A stretch of 62,936 nucleotides of DNA, filler included, from Octopus bimaculoides (taxonomy: Eukaryota), in the NCBI RefSeq assembly GCF_001194135.2. It is 7 parts of 5 records of this genome, joined end to end, with 100 filler letters (N's around TTAATTAATTAA, not from the genome) between each part and the next. Parts side by side here need not be neighbours in the genome. Positions count along the whole stretch, not along the records: positions 44,750 to 54,287 come from NC_068984.1; positions 54,388 to 60,521 come from NC_068984.1; positions 60,622 to 62,936 come from NC_068988.1; 4 more parts are not named here. One strand, written 5' to 3'. The translations under genes and the position numbers were made by a program. This document shows positions 48,908 to 61,435 of the stretch, piece by piece (positions within the stretch are counted from its first letter, which is position 1; each line of letters opens with the position of its first letter). The notes under the pieces are model-generated. The model searched no databases. It had not been told where the DNA came from and was given only the letters and a program-made list of their open reading frames with translations.

Positions 48908-49400
48908 TTTGGGTCATCCCATAAATAATGTGGTTTTTCTATACTTCTTTTATTTTTAAAAATTAAGATAAAGTTTTTTTTTTTAATCTAAAATATACTC
49001 TCCTTCATTTTCTGCAATGCTCTTCCATCTATCTGGTAGACTTGCAAGGCCCCTCTTCCAAACTTCCATTGTCTGTGACGAAAAATACTCCTCCAGTACT
49101 GTTCTGATCTCGTCTACAGAATTCATATTTTTTCCATCCAAATGATTTTGAAGACTGCAGAATAAATAATAATCAGATGGGGCAACGTCCGGTGAATAGG
49201 CATCATTACCCGTTCAAACTGCTCCAGCCTTTGGAATGTCATCCACGTGGACCGGTTTCTGGACTGGCATAATAGCCTCACCTCCCTCAGCACGCGTCAC
49301 CATGATGGAGAGCCTCAACCCGTCGCGGTGAAGTTTGTATTTTGGCGATTTAAATTAGAGTTTTGACTGTTATTTCCAGCAGGTAGACATAGTTAGTATG
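48908..49400 (-). mobile_element. Mariner transposon remnant (C-terminal catalytic region and TIR)
   Basis: AYSPDVAPSDYYLFCSLQNHL...RGLASLPDRWKSIAENEGEYILD* (YSPDLAPxD, D34D class); TA|tttgggtcatcccataa TIR. Confidence 0.88.
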
Positions 49401-49405
49401 TCCTT

Positions 49406-49439
<34 letters not shown>

Positions 49440-50119
49440 TGTGNNNNNNNNNNNNNNNNNNNNNNNNNNNNNNNNNNNNNNNNNNNNNNNNNNNNNNNNN
49501 NNNNNNNNNNNNNNNNNNNNNNNNNNNNNNNNNNNNNNNNNNNNNNNNNNNNNNNNNNNNNNNNNNNNNNNNNNNNNNNNNNNNNNNNNNNNNNNNNNNN
49601 NNNNNNNNNNNNNNNNNNNNNNNNNNNNNNNNNNNNNNNNNNNNNNNNNNNNNNNNNNNNNNNNNNNNNNNNNNNNNNNNNNNNNNNNNNNNNNNNNNNN
49701 NNNNNNNNNNNNNNNNNNNNNNNNNNNNNNNNNNNNNNNNNNNNNNNNNNNNNNNNNNNNNNNNNNNNNNNNNNNNNNNNNNNNNNNNNNNNNNNNNNNN
49801 NNNNNNNNNNNNNNNNNNNNNNNNNNNNNNNNNNNNNNNNNNNNNNNNNNNNNNNNNNNNNNNNNNNNNNNNNNNNNNNNNNNNNNNNNNNNNNNNNNNN
49901 NNNNNNNNNNNNNNNNNNNNNNNNNNNNNNNNNNNNNNNNNNNNNNNNNNNNNNNAACCGATAGAATATATGTGAAGTTTAAAAAATATGTCGCGGAGTG
50001 GAGTGGAGTGGAGTGGAGTGGAAGTGGAGTGGAGTGGAATCTGCCTCAGCACGGCTGCAGTCCAGTGAGTGAAACAATTAAGAGATAAAGATAACACGTT
50101 TTCCCCTTTTGCCTCATGT

Positions 50120-50181
<62 letters not shown>

Positions 50182-50242
50182 TCATGCACATACACACACT
50201 CACACACACACCGTTCTCTCAAATCTTTCTTCCACTTCCTTT

Positions 50243-50483
50243 CTTATTTCTTATTTCTTTATTGCCCACAGGGGGGCTACACACAGAGGGGACAAACAAG
50301 GACAGACAAATGGAGTAAGTCGATTACATCGACCCCAGTGCGTAACTGGTACTTAATTTATCGACCCCGAAAGGATGAAAGGCAAAGTCGACCTCGGCGG
50401 AATTTGAACTCAGAACGTAGCGACAGGCGGAATACCGCTAAGCCTTTCGTCAGGCGTGCTAACGTTTCTGCCAGCTCACCGCC
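50243..50483 (-). mobile_element. SINE family A, well preserved
   Basis: Full length, with (AAAT/AGAA) tail. Confidence 0.92.
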
Positions 50484-51734
50484 TTATCTCCCAATCTTAC
50501 TTCTCCCATACTCTGTTTTACTCTTTAATTTCCTCTCCAATCTGTTTCTCCTCTCTTCTGTATCTTTCACTCTTTCTATCATCCTCCTCTCATTATTTCT
50601 CCCGTTCTCTATTATAACTCTCTCTCTCTCTCTATCTCTCTACCCCCTCACCACCACCACTACAATTATGCTTTTTTCTCCTATCCTTCGTCGTCCTCTT
50701 CATTCACCTACCATCTCTTACTTTCCCCACTTCCACTAGACTGTCCTCGTCAATCCATTTGGATCTCCTGGCCATTAATTTATTACTTACACCTCACTAT
50801 CCCAACCACATTAAACGCACGCATTAACTCGCATTCACACACACACACATATGTGCAATTGGTACATGCATACATACGTAGATATACACACGTGTACATG
50901 CATAAGTATATACACACATACATATGTACTTCACATCTCCCTCTCTCAGTGCCTCTCTATCTCTCTCCCATTCTTTTTTCTCTGTACATATATGTGTATA
51001 TGTATGCATATGTAACCTGTGTGTACGTGTACATTCAAATAGACAAACAAACAAAGCCTTTACTCATACACACATACATAGACATACAGACAAACACACA
51101 TACATACGCACTCATACACACAAACATACGTGGACATAAACGCATTCACGCGAACTCATGCGTGCACACATACATACACTTTAACATTTGATGTTTTCAC
51201 TTAATCTTTTCCGTTTATTTGTCTTAATAACAAAGGCAGTTAGTCGAGGGTCATGTTACGTGTTCTGGTTAGTTGTGTGTGCGGGGCGGTAGGTGTCGCT
51301 GGCATCGGTGTGGTCACCAATTTACCTATAATACCATTCCATGAGCACACATTTACATACCCATGCATGTCTCTCTCTCTCTCTCTCTNNNNNNNNNNNN
51401 NNNNNNNNNNNNNNNNNNNNNNNNNNNNNNNNNNNNNNNNNNNNNNNNNNNNNNNNNNNNNNNNNNNNNNNNNNNNNNNNNNNNNNNNNNNNNNNNNNNN
51501 NNNNNNNNNNNNNNNNNNNNNNNNNNNNNNNNNNNNNNNNNNNNNNNNNNNNNNNNNNNNNNNNNNNNNNNNNNNNNNNNNNNNNNNNNNNNNNNNNNNN
51601 NNNNNNNNNNNNNNNNNNNNNNNNNNNNNNNNNNNNNNNNNNNNNNNNNNNNNNNNNNNNNNNNNNNNNNNNNNNNNNNNNNNNNNNNNNNNNNNNNNNN
51701 NNNNNNNNNNNNNNNNNNNNNNNNNNNNNNNNNN

Positions 51735-51765
<31 letters not shown>

Positions 51766-51820
51766 GTACATACATACACACACGCGCACACACAAACACA
51801 TACAGATAGATAGATAGGCT

Positions 51821-51867
<47 letters not shown>

Positions 51868-52065
51868 CAGTTACAGGATTCATTAGAATCTAGGCATATC
51901 AACAAGTAGGACGCCAGGAATGGCTGGGTACTTAGTATTGGGCTCACAATAAGGCAACACAACCCTTATTTGTCATTTATTGGCGGTGATCTGTATGCAT
52001 GCACCTACACACACTATCGACCGTCAGTAAAAGCTGCAACTCTTATTACCGATATAAGAGTTCTA

Positions 52066-52415
52066 GGCGTGTCTGAGTGGTTGAGTACTTGCTTCCTAAT
52101 CTCGCGGTCTTGTGTTCAATCCCACAGTGAGGATCCCACAGCAGGTGTGTGTGTGTGTGTATGTTTGTGTTGTGTGTGTGTATGTTTGTGTTGTGTATGT
52201 GTATGTGTGTTTGTGTTGTGCTTGTCTCCTACTACCGTTTGACAACTACTTTTGGTTTGTTTACATACCCGTAACTTAACGATTCGGTGTAACAAAAAAA
52301 AAAAAAAAGACCAATAGAATAAATACCCAGCATTAAAAGAAGTATTGTGGTTGATTTTTTCGACTAGGGAATGCTCCAGTATGTCCGCAGTTCAGTTACT
52401 GAAGCAAATGAAAGA
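52066..52415 (+). mobile_element. SINE family B variant
   Basis: tRNA-like head, (TG)n core, conserved tail. Confidence 0.7.
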
Positions 52416-52454
52416 TGAGCGATATTATTTTATTCGTTTCAACTTTTGGTACAA

Positions 52455-52648
52455 GCCCAGCAAGGTTATGGGAGAGGCGTGTCGCTTACATCGACCCCAG
52501 TGCTCAACTAGTACTTATTTTATCGATTCCTTTAAGACGAACGGCAAAGTCGATCTCAGCAGAATTAAAACTCAGTTCTTGAAGACGGACGAAATGCCGC
52601 TTAGCATTTTGTTAGGCGCGGTAAACGATTCTGCCAGCTCACCGCCTT
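52455..52648 (-). mobile_element. SINE family A, diverged
   Basis: catcgaccccagtg...gattctgccagctcaccgcc. Confidence 0.8.
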
Positions 52649-52974
52649 ATATATATATATAAAAAAAAAAAAGATATAATTGAAATGAAATACCTACTAG
52701 TGAGAATTGAACACTGGTCACCAAGTTACACTTGGTTACCTTTGTCCTGTGAAAGCGAAATGAAATGAATAACCATTTGAAGGACCAACATGGAGAAAGA
52801 TTCTGCCAGAAAAGAGGTGACAGGATATGTGTTAATTCTCATAGAATACTGGCTGTTCTTGTCAACTTATTTATATCACCACACGTGGTTGTTGGAGATA
52901 AAGATAGTTGGAACCAGAACAGCAAGAACACTATCCACAACAACAACAAAGACAACAGCAAGTGAGAAGCGAGA

Positions 52975-53351
52975 TAGATGAAAGTAGCAGTAAGTAGATA
53001 GAATTACCAGAGACTGTGGTCCAGTTTAAACGGAGTAGAGAATATTTAGGAAAGTTGGTTATATTGACGGAGTTTGAGAGTATATGGGAAAGAAGATGAA
53101 AGAAAGGCAAGGGAATAAATGAAGGAAATAAAGAATGAATGAAAAAAGGAAAGAGAGAAATGAAAGGAAGCGTGAATGGATGAATGAATAAAGCAAAAAC
53201 AGAATGCAAGAAGAATGAAGGAAGGAAAGAATGAATTTAAGTTTATAAAATGAATGAAAAAGGGAACGAAGGAAAAAAAGAAGAGAAAGAATGAATGGAT
53301 GAATGAATTAATGAAAGCAAGAAAGAAAGAAGGAGAGAAGGAAGGAAAGAC

Positions 53352-53382
<31 letters not shown>

Positions 53383-53720
53383 AAAGAAAAGATGAATGAT
53401 TTTAAAAAATGAAAGCGAATGAAAGATTAAAAGAAAGAATTGATTAACTAATTAATCAATTAATGAAAGAAAGAATGAAAGAAAGAAGGAAAGAGAGAAT
53501 GAATCACTAGAAAAGAATGAAAGACTGAATGAAAGATTAAAAGAAAGAATGAATTAATTAATCAATTAATGAAAGAAAGAATGAATAAATGAATGAATGA
53601 AGAAAAGAACGAAATGATGAAAGAATGAAAGAAAGAGTGAGAAAATGAAATAAAGAAAGAGGTATAAGGATAGGAGAGAAAATTGATAAAAAAAAAGACA
53701 GAAAATAAAAGATGAGAGGA
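52975..53720. repeat. Purine-rich low-complexity tract ((GAA)n, (GAAA)n, (GAAT)n)
   Basis: Plus strand almost free of C; internal ~60-bp duplication at 53418 and 53528. Confidence 0.85.
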
Positions 53721-54013
53721 TGGTAAAATGGACGAAATACAGTCTTGTATGCGGTAGATTTGAATTACAAATTTTACCTCTTATTGATGTAATAGGGTAG
53801 AAATGTACGTAAGTCAGAATAAATAAAAATAAGTTCTACAGGTAAAATGCTATAAAAATAAAGTCAGAATTTAAAAACAGACACAATGTTGGCTAGCGGG
53901 GTAAAAAGTTTCAGAAAATGTCTTATTTGGCTGAAATGTAATAAATTTTAAGGAGAAAAACGATTAGTTTTAAATCTCTGAGCGAAAGATAGGTAATAAC
54001 AGCGCTACAGAAC

Positions 54014-54197
54014 AAAATCTATTTGCCAACGTAAAGTGGCAGTCCTGGTTAGGACGGTGTTATTACCTTTTTTTTTTACCCCCAGGAAAACATCTTTTTC
54101 AGCTGTAGCCAGCTAGAAAAGATGCTTACCTTGGGCTAAAAAATGTAGTAACATCGTCCTAAACAGGACTGCCACTTCATGTTGGCAAATAGATTTT
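54014..54197. repeat. Imperfect palindrome, probable foldback MITE
   Basis: aaaatctatttgccaac...ggcagtcctg ... caggactgcc...gttggcaaatagatttt. Confidence 0.85.
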
Positions 54198-54387
54198 ACA
54201 ATAAATATTAGTTAATGTAGACGATGTCGGCTGTTTGCTGACAACTCTCGATTTGTACATAATAATGACAACATAGTTTATATAATGNNNNNNNNNNNNN
54301 NNNNNNNNNNNNNNNNNNNNNNNNNNNNNNNTTAATTAATTAANNNNNNNNNNNNNNNNNNNNNNNNNNNNNNNNNNNNNNNNNNNN

Positions 54388-54418
<31 letters not shown>

Positions 54419-54631
54419 AGAGTATTAAAAGTCAGGGTACAATATGTACCCATTGTTTGAAAGAAGAGTTAAAACCCTCCAAAACCACAGATCTTTCGCT
54501 ATATGTAAACACGCAGAGAGAATGTTGCAAATATACTTAGAAAAACAGCCACCACATTTGTAAAACTACAAAGAGGAGGGTAGTATTCCAGTATCAATTG
54601 ATTTCATTTTCTGTGCCAAATTGACACTTAA

Positions 54632-54852
54632 CCCTTTAACATTCAGAGTTTTCTATCAGATGTAATGTTTATTTAATCACATTGCTTTTAATTAATCATG
54701 CATTATCTTGTAACTTTGAGATTTTGAAGATGTGATTATTTATTTTTTAGAATGGCATTGTAGGGTAGGTGTGAGAGGCCAGATCTGGCCAGTTTGAACA
54801 TAAAATAGGTAAAATAGTTTGGCTGGATATGGCCGGCTTGAATGCTAAAAGG
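54632..54852. mobile_element. piggyBac-like MITE, same family as 39664-39919
   Basis: TTAA|ccctttaacattca ... tgaatgctaaaagg|TTAA; shared internal attaatcatgcattatct. Confidence 0.85.
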
Positions 54853-54950
54853 TTAAAGCTCATCAGCTAGGCTTACTACATAAACTATTTTGAAAAATAT
54901 ATTTACCTTTGTGCATGTGTGTGTGTGTGTGTAAGAAAATTAGATTTTAC

Positions 54951-55072
54951 CTGGTAGTTCCCGTGCATAACCAAGTAGAACTGGTCCTATAAATGCTGAC
55001 AGAGATCCTGATATGAAGAAACAGATCCACCAAGCTCCAATCCAGCGAGGATCTCTAGAATCAAAATTAATC
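54951..55072 (-). CDS. SLCO: OATP/SLCO transporter (OATP4-like) internal exon with the DPRWxGAWW signature
   Basis: tatttcttttgtatttccag| ... |gtaaaa; 122 nt, phase 2 to 1. INFDSRDPRWIGAWWICFFISGSLSAFIGPVLLGYARELP(G) resembles SLCO4A1 [33 protein letters not shown] (recalled). Phase-compatible with 58693-58789. Confidence 0.93.
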
Positions 55073-55504
55073 CTGGAAATACAAAAGAAATATTTTTAAT
55101 ATTAACAATAAATATAAATACAACAAAACATAATACAATCATCTAAAGAATGCAATACCAATACTGTAATAACAACAAGGTATTAATTAACTTGAATTGT
55201 ATCACTTTTACAACAAGATAGTGATTATTAAAGTCTACATAGTCTTGAAAATTCATATAAATTCCAAATTTGATATATTCTTATCAAATGCAATTTTGAA
55301 GATTCTTTTATTATTGAAGATTCCAACATCACAATTCAATCACAAAACTAACTGTTATTCACTGTGTCAGACACCTTACATTGGAAGATAGCATTTTTTA
55401 ATTTCTATGTTTATATGTCTTCTGGAAATAAAGGCTACCTAAATAATTTTGAAGATCTATCAGCAAAAACATTGCTCTAAATTATAAGTTCAACCCAATG
55501 TGGG

Positions 55505-55990
55505 TTGGATGTGCATTATTTACATTGTTTACAATTGACGGATATTTATCCTCATCTTTGTTGTTAACACAACGTTTCGGCTGGTATACCCTCTCGCCTT
55601 CATCAGGTGTCCTTGCATATGTGCTGCTTCTTTTAGTTTTTGTATTTTCCAGAGCTGTTCTCTGTCTATTATTTTAACTTCATCCCACAGGGGGAGGTGA
55701 TCTCCATTTTTCCATACATGATCAGCTATACCTGATTTATCAATATCTCACCGTGTCACAGCTTTGCGATATTCCTCTACCCTTATTTTGAGGGGGCGAC
55801 ATGTTTCGCCTTTGTATAACCACAGCAGAATGGGATGGAGTACACGCAGTTCTCGGTCATTTTCTCTTCTATTGGTGATTTTACTAGAAGGAGATATTTG
55901 CGAAATGTTGTATTACTTTTGAATACTGTCTTGATGTCATATAGGACGCATATATATACTGAGTACATTTAACATGGTACTAGCACCTGT
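55505..55990 (-). mobile_element. Penelope-like element fragment (GIY-YIG endonuclease end and terminal repeat)
   Basis: VYSIP..C..(K)GETCRPLKIRVEEYRKAV...KSGIADHVWK...WDEVKIIDREQ...KLKEAAH; terminal acgtttcggctg...ccttcatcagg. Confidence 0.85.
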
Positions 55991-56489
55991 GAGGTTACCC
56001 AGTAGCTTGCTAGGCTTCCATGCGCTTTCCTTCTATTTTACCAAACTCTCTGACAAAGCATTGGTTAGCTTGGGACTATAATAGAATGCACTTGTCCAAA
56101 GTGCAACGCATTGAGATTGAACCTGGAACCAGTTGGTTGCAAAGCAACCTTATTCACCACACAGCCATGCCTGCACTATTCAACACTCAGGTGCAATAAA
56201 AATAATGTAATAGGTCTATAAAAAAAAAAAGTCTCCTTTCATTTTTAAAGTAATTATCTGTTAAGAATACTCAAGCAAGGTTTTTAAAATGTCATAGCAA
56301 GTTTAGAAGGGAAAAAAAGCTATAAAAAATAAATTTTTAGAAATTAAACTGTCATGTATTTCTTTTTGAAAGAAGACAGAGTTTATATTGTATATTTTGT
56401 TGTCAAATATGTTTTACAGATAATATTCTATATATTTTAATAACTGGTGGCCTAAAATATCTAGCAGTGTAGGCTATAGTCTAATCCCC

Positions 56490-58215
56490 CATATAGTTAA
56501 CCAGATGATACAAGACAGAGTCAAACCCAATGACTGGTGTAGCAGCACCATAGTCAACTGCTACAAAGGTAAAGATGATGCATTAGATAGGAATAATTAC
56601 AGAGGTATCAAATTGTTGGGTTAGGTGATGAAAGTTACGGAGAGGGTCATAGCCCAACTAATTAGGGAGGGAGTTAGTTTAGACGAGATGCAGTTTGGGT
56701 TTGTGCCAGGGAGAAGCACCACTGATGCAATATTTCTGGTAAGACAGCTGCAGGAGAAATTCCTAACCAAAGGTAAACATCTGTACTTGGCTTTCGTTGA
56801 CATGGCGAAAGCCTTTGACAAGGTCCCCCGATCGTTTATTTGGTGATCAATGCAGTAACTAGGGACAAATGAATGGTTAGAGCTGTACAAGCCATGTTCA
56901 GGGATGCTGTCAATAAGGTGAAGGTTGGCGACAAGTATAGTGAAGAATTTCATGTAGGGGTCTACCAAGGATCTGTCTTCAGCCCCATCTTATTTATCAT
57001 AATCCTCCAGGCAATAACAGAGGAATTCAAGACAAGATGCCCCTGGGAGCTCCTCTATGCTGATGACCTTGCTCTTATAGCTGAGTCACTACCAGAACTA
57101 GAGGAGATGTTTCAGGTGTAGAAGCAAGGTCTACAATCGAAGGGACTTATAGTCAATCTAGCAAAAACCAAAGTCATAGTAAGTATGAAGGCAGACAAAT
57201 CACAAATCCCTTTGGATAGATGGCCCTGCTTGATATGTAGAAAAGGCATAGGTAGAAGCTCCATAAGATGTACCCAGTGTAATCTACGGACACATAATAG
57301 GTGCAGCAATATCAACGAAAGGCTTACTGGGAAGATAGTTTTTGTGTGTGGTAGATGCACAGGGGCAATAAACACTAAAAATGTGCAGAAAACAGCTTCC
57401 ATCACCTACCTGGAGGTAAAAACTAGAAGTAGTTGATAGCTTCCGTTACCTTGGTGACCAAGTCAGTAGCAGGGGTGGATGCTCTGAGAGCATAGCTGCT
57501 AGAATAAGAATAGCTTGGGCAAAGTTTAGAGAGCTCCTACCTCTGCTGGTAACAAAGGGCTTCTCGCTCAGAGTGAAAGGTAGACTGTAAGATGCATGTG
57601 TGTAAACAGCCATGCTACACAGCAGTGAATTATGGGCTGTGACTGCTGAGGGCATGCATAAGCTTGCAAGAAATGAAGCTAGTATGCTCTGCTGGATGTG
57701 CAATGTCAGTGTGTATACACAACAGAGTGTAAGTGCCCTGAGAGAAAAGTTGGACATAAGAAGCATCAGATGTGGTGTGCAAGAGAGATGACTGTGCTGG
57801 TATGGTCATGTGTTACATATAGATGAGGAAACTGTGTGAAGAAGTGTCACACCCTAACAGTGGAGGGAACCTGGGGAAGAGGTAGTCCCAAGAAGACCTG
57901 GGATGAAGTGGTGAAGCACGACCTTTGAAGAATGTTGGGCCTCACAGAGGCAATGACAAGCAGCTGAGACCTTTGGAGATATGCTGTGCTTCACAAGATC
58001 TGGCAAACCAAGTGAGACAATAGCCGTGGCCTCTGCCCGTGTCACATACTCTGCCAGTGTCTTGTACCATGTAAAAGCACCCAACTCACTCTGTAAAGTG
58101 GTTGCCATAGAAACCATGCCAAAACAGACAATTGGCACCTGGACAGCTCTTCAGTTGGCAAGTTTCTGTCAATCTGCCCAACTCACGACAACATGGAATA
58201 CAAACATTAAATAGC
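56490..58215 (+). mobile_element. 5'-truncated RTE LINE, degraded
   Basis: NYRGIKLL...QFGFVPGRSTTDAIF...AFDKVP...LLYADDL; 3'UTR differs from the 19697 type. Confidence 0.92.
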
Positions 58216-58307
58216 AATGATGATGGTGAGTTCGCTGCTAAAATTAGAATGGGTCTAATATACCAGTGTGTCTTCTTTACCACTAAATACAATGAATGTA
58301 ATAAATG

Positions 58308-58540
58308 TTTATTTCTTTATTGCCCACATGGGGCTAAACATAGTGAGGACAAACAAGGACAGACAAAGGGGTTAAGTCGATTACATCAACCCCAGTTCGT
58401 AACTGGTACTTAATTTATTGAACCCGAAAGAATGACAGGCAAAGTCGACCTCGGCGGAATTTGAACTCAGAACACAACAGCAGACGAAATACCGCTAAGC
58501 ATTTCACCCGGCGTGCTAACGTTTCTGCCAGCTCACCGCT
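58308..58540 (-). mobile_element. SINE family A
   Basis: Full-length copy. Confidence 0.9.
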
Positions 58541-58692
58541 GTAATACATGTTTCCGACCAGCTATCAAAGCAAACCCAAACTTGGTTCATTAAACCTTAT
58601 CTCCATTGTAGTTTCCATAAAGATTCGGCCTTTACCGGAAAATGATTTTATATGAAATACTATTTAATAACTATGAAATATTTGATACTCAC

Positions 58693-58789
58693 TTGTCACT
58701 TTTTGATGGGTCAACAAAAACATTAAGAAACTGACCACCGACTATATATCCTATTGCAGGACCCAAGGTTGAAAAGAACATCATTATAC
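58693..58789 (-). CDS. SLCO: OATP/SLCO transporter (OATP4-like) internal exon
   Basis: ctttattacaag| ... |gtgagt; 97 nt, phase 1 to 2. (G)IMMFFSTLGPAIGYIVGGQFLNVFVDPSKSD(K) matches the SLCO GPAxGYxxGGxxL TM motif. Confidence 0.9.
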
Positions 58790-58964
58790 CTTGTAATAAA
58801 GAAAGCAAATGAAAATATGTAGAAATAAACACTGCAATGAATACTTATTTGTAATTTAGTAAAAAGGGCAACAATCTTGAAGGATGGAGCTAGTTGATAA
58901 TATCAACGCCCCCAGAACTCTAACTGGTATTTTATTTTATTAATCGCCTTACACCAGCGTCGCC

Positions 58965-59560
58965 TTACTGCCTCTTGTGCCGGTGGCATGTTAGAAACTC
59001 ATTCGAGTGAGGTTGTTGCCAGTGCCGCTGGACTGGCTCCTGTGCAGGTGGCACGTAAAAAAAACACCATTTTGAGCGTGGCCATTGCCAGTACCGTGTG
59101 ACTGGCCCTCGTGCCGGTGGCACGTAAAAGCACCCACTACACTCACGGAGTGGTTGGCGTTAGGAAAGGCATCCAGCTGTAGAAACTCTGCCAGATCAGA
59201 TTGGAGCCTGGGGCAGCCATCTGGNNNNNNNNNNCCTCTTGTGCCGGTGGCATGTTAGAAACTCATTCGAGTGAGGTTGTTGCCAGTGCCGCTGGACTGG
59301 CTCCTGTGCAGGTGGCACGTAAAAAAAACACCATTTTGAGCGTGGCCATTGCCAGTACCGTGTGACTGGCCCTCGTGCCGGTGGCACGTAAAAGCACCCA
59401 CTACACTCACGGAGTGGTTGGCGTTAGGAAAGGCATCCAGCTGTAGAAACTCTGCCAGATCAGATTGGAGCCTGGGGCAGCCATCTGGTTCACCAGTCCT
59501 CAGTCAAATCGTCCAACCCATGTTAGCATGGAAAGCGGAAGTTAAACAACGACGACGATA
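58965..59560 (+). mobile_element. RTE 3'UTR with hairpin repeats (part is duplicated across a 10-N gap)
   Basis: gccagt-N8-actggc units followed by the conserved terminal segment and GAC/GAT tail. Confidence 0.88.
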
Positions 59561-60290
59561 ATCTCAGATAGATAATAGGTGAAGTTGACCTCAAAGGGAT
59601 TTGAACCCAGAACACCCAGTTGGTGCACATACAAGGCATTTTACCTGACATCCTAGGACAATTTATTTTTTAATCACTACTAATAGCAATAACATTATTA
59701 TACCGACAGTTGTATAACTGTATAGAATAAAGGTAGGCCCTGGTATGGCTATCTGGTAAGAAGTTTGCTTCTCACAAACAGGATTCTGGGTTCAATCTAG
59801 TTGTAAAAAAGGCTGTCTCAATAAATTCCATTTGACCCATGGATGCTAAATGATGCTAATTATAAATAACTGCACCAGAATACATTTTCAATATCCTTTA
59901 TAGGTTAGTAGATGTTGTAGCTATCGAATATTAAAAAAAAAAAAAAACAACAATGACACCTTGGGCTAGTGTCTGACAAAAGCCTTATGGATGAATTTAG
60001 TAGACGGAAACTGAATGCAGCCTGTCAGACTGCTGAAATCTACAAATTTTTTTCATTCTCTCTCTATTTTCTCTTATTCTTTTCTGTTGAAGAATGTAGG
60101 TGTCTAACTAATACACTTGTTTCTTGTTCCTACATTTGTCTGTCTTTTGTTTCTCTATAAATTTCAACTATATATACATATAAGTTGGCAATACAGATTT
60201 AGTGGTAAAACAGTTTGATGTCTTTTTAGCATACATGGGATCCATATAGTGATCTCTCATATTATTGATATATAGACATACATACATATA

Positions 60291-60521
60291 TGGCTCAGTG
60301 GTTAGAGCATTGAGCTTATGATCGTGAGGTTGTGAGTTCGATTCCAGGACCGAGCTGCGTGTTGTGTTCTTGAGCAAGACACTTTACTTCACGTTGCTCC
60401 AGTTAACTCAGCTGTAGAAATGAGCTGCGACATCACAGGTGCCAAACTGTATCGGCCTTTGCCTTTCCCTTGGATAACATCAGTGGTGTGGAGAAGGGAG
60501 GCCGGTATGTATGGGCAACTG
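60291..60521 (+). mobile_element. tRNA-derived SINE, family C (CORE-like body)
   Basis: Box A TGGCTCAGTGG, box B GAGTTCGATTCC, then gttcttgagcaagacacttta. Confidence 0.8.
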
Positions 60522-60621
60522 NNNNNNNNNNNNNNNNNNNNNNNNNNNNNNNNNNNNNNNNNNNNTTAATTAATTAANNNNNNNNNNNNNNNNNNNNNNN
60601 NNNNNNNNNNNNNNNNNNNNN

Positions 60622-60656
<35 letters not shown>

Positions 60657-61401
60657 CGTATTTGTATGTATATATGTATGTATGTGTGTTAAGTATGTAT
60701 GCATGTACGTATGTATGTATGCATATGTATTTACATATTATTTATATTATTATATGATTGAACGCCACGCATCCATTTCCAAGTAAGTTTTACCTTAGTA
60801 ATTTCGATGCGACATTTCTTATCTCTTCCTGTCTCTCTTTTCCTCCCATCTTTCATTTCCTCTCTCTCCCTCACTCTTTCGCCTTTGCTCTCTCGTGGTT
60901 CGCACGTGACCATCGGCCACCTTTCTTTTCCTAACTTGAATCTCTTTCTTTCTCTCTGATCAGCCACATGGATAAGACGCATTCTTGTCTGTCTCCTGTC
61001 AGAGCTTGTTTCTCCGCGTTCACCAACTCAACTTGTTTAGGCTTAACAGCCCTTCCTGTTTGTTTTCACTGTCTTGTTTTTGTTACCAACTTTGACCCTT
61101 CGCAAAAATCCCAAATTTTATTTAATTTGCTTTGCGGGAGCAACTGTATTGTCGGAAACATATCTTGTTGTGAATTGCACGTAATACGAAGTAGAGAAAC
61201 AGCCAACAATTAATGAAGGGTCGTTTTATTATGTTACTTCTCTTGTTTATCCATTTGTTTCCTTCGTTGTTCGCAAAAAAAGTTCGTATTCCATGTTTTC
61301 GTATTTCGTATTTCATGCTATTTATGTTCCGTGGTGTCCTGTGCCGATATATACATGTATATACAAATATATGTATGCACATTTATATATGTACATATAT
61401 A

Positions 61402-61435
<34 letters not shown>

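Noticed and set aside
18589-59480. Exact direct repeats flanking 10-N gaps (near 18650, 21550, 24114, 24623, 33718, 59225)
   Set aside because: Pattern of unmerged contig overlaps; not counted as real duplications.
60291-60365. tRNA-like sequence with box A/B
   Set aside because: No acceptor-stem closure and it continues into a SINE body; the same holds for the family A and B heads.
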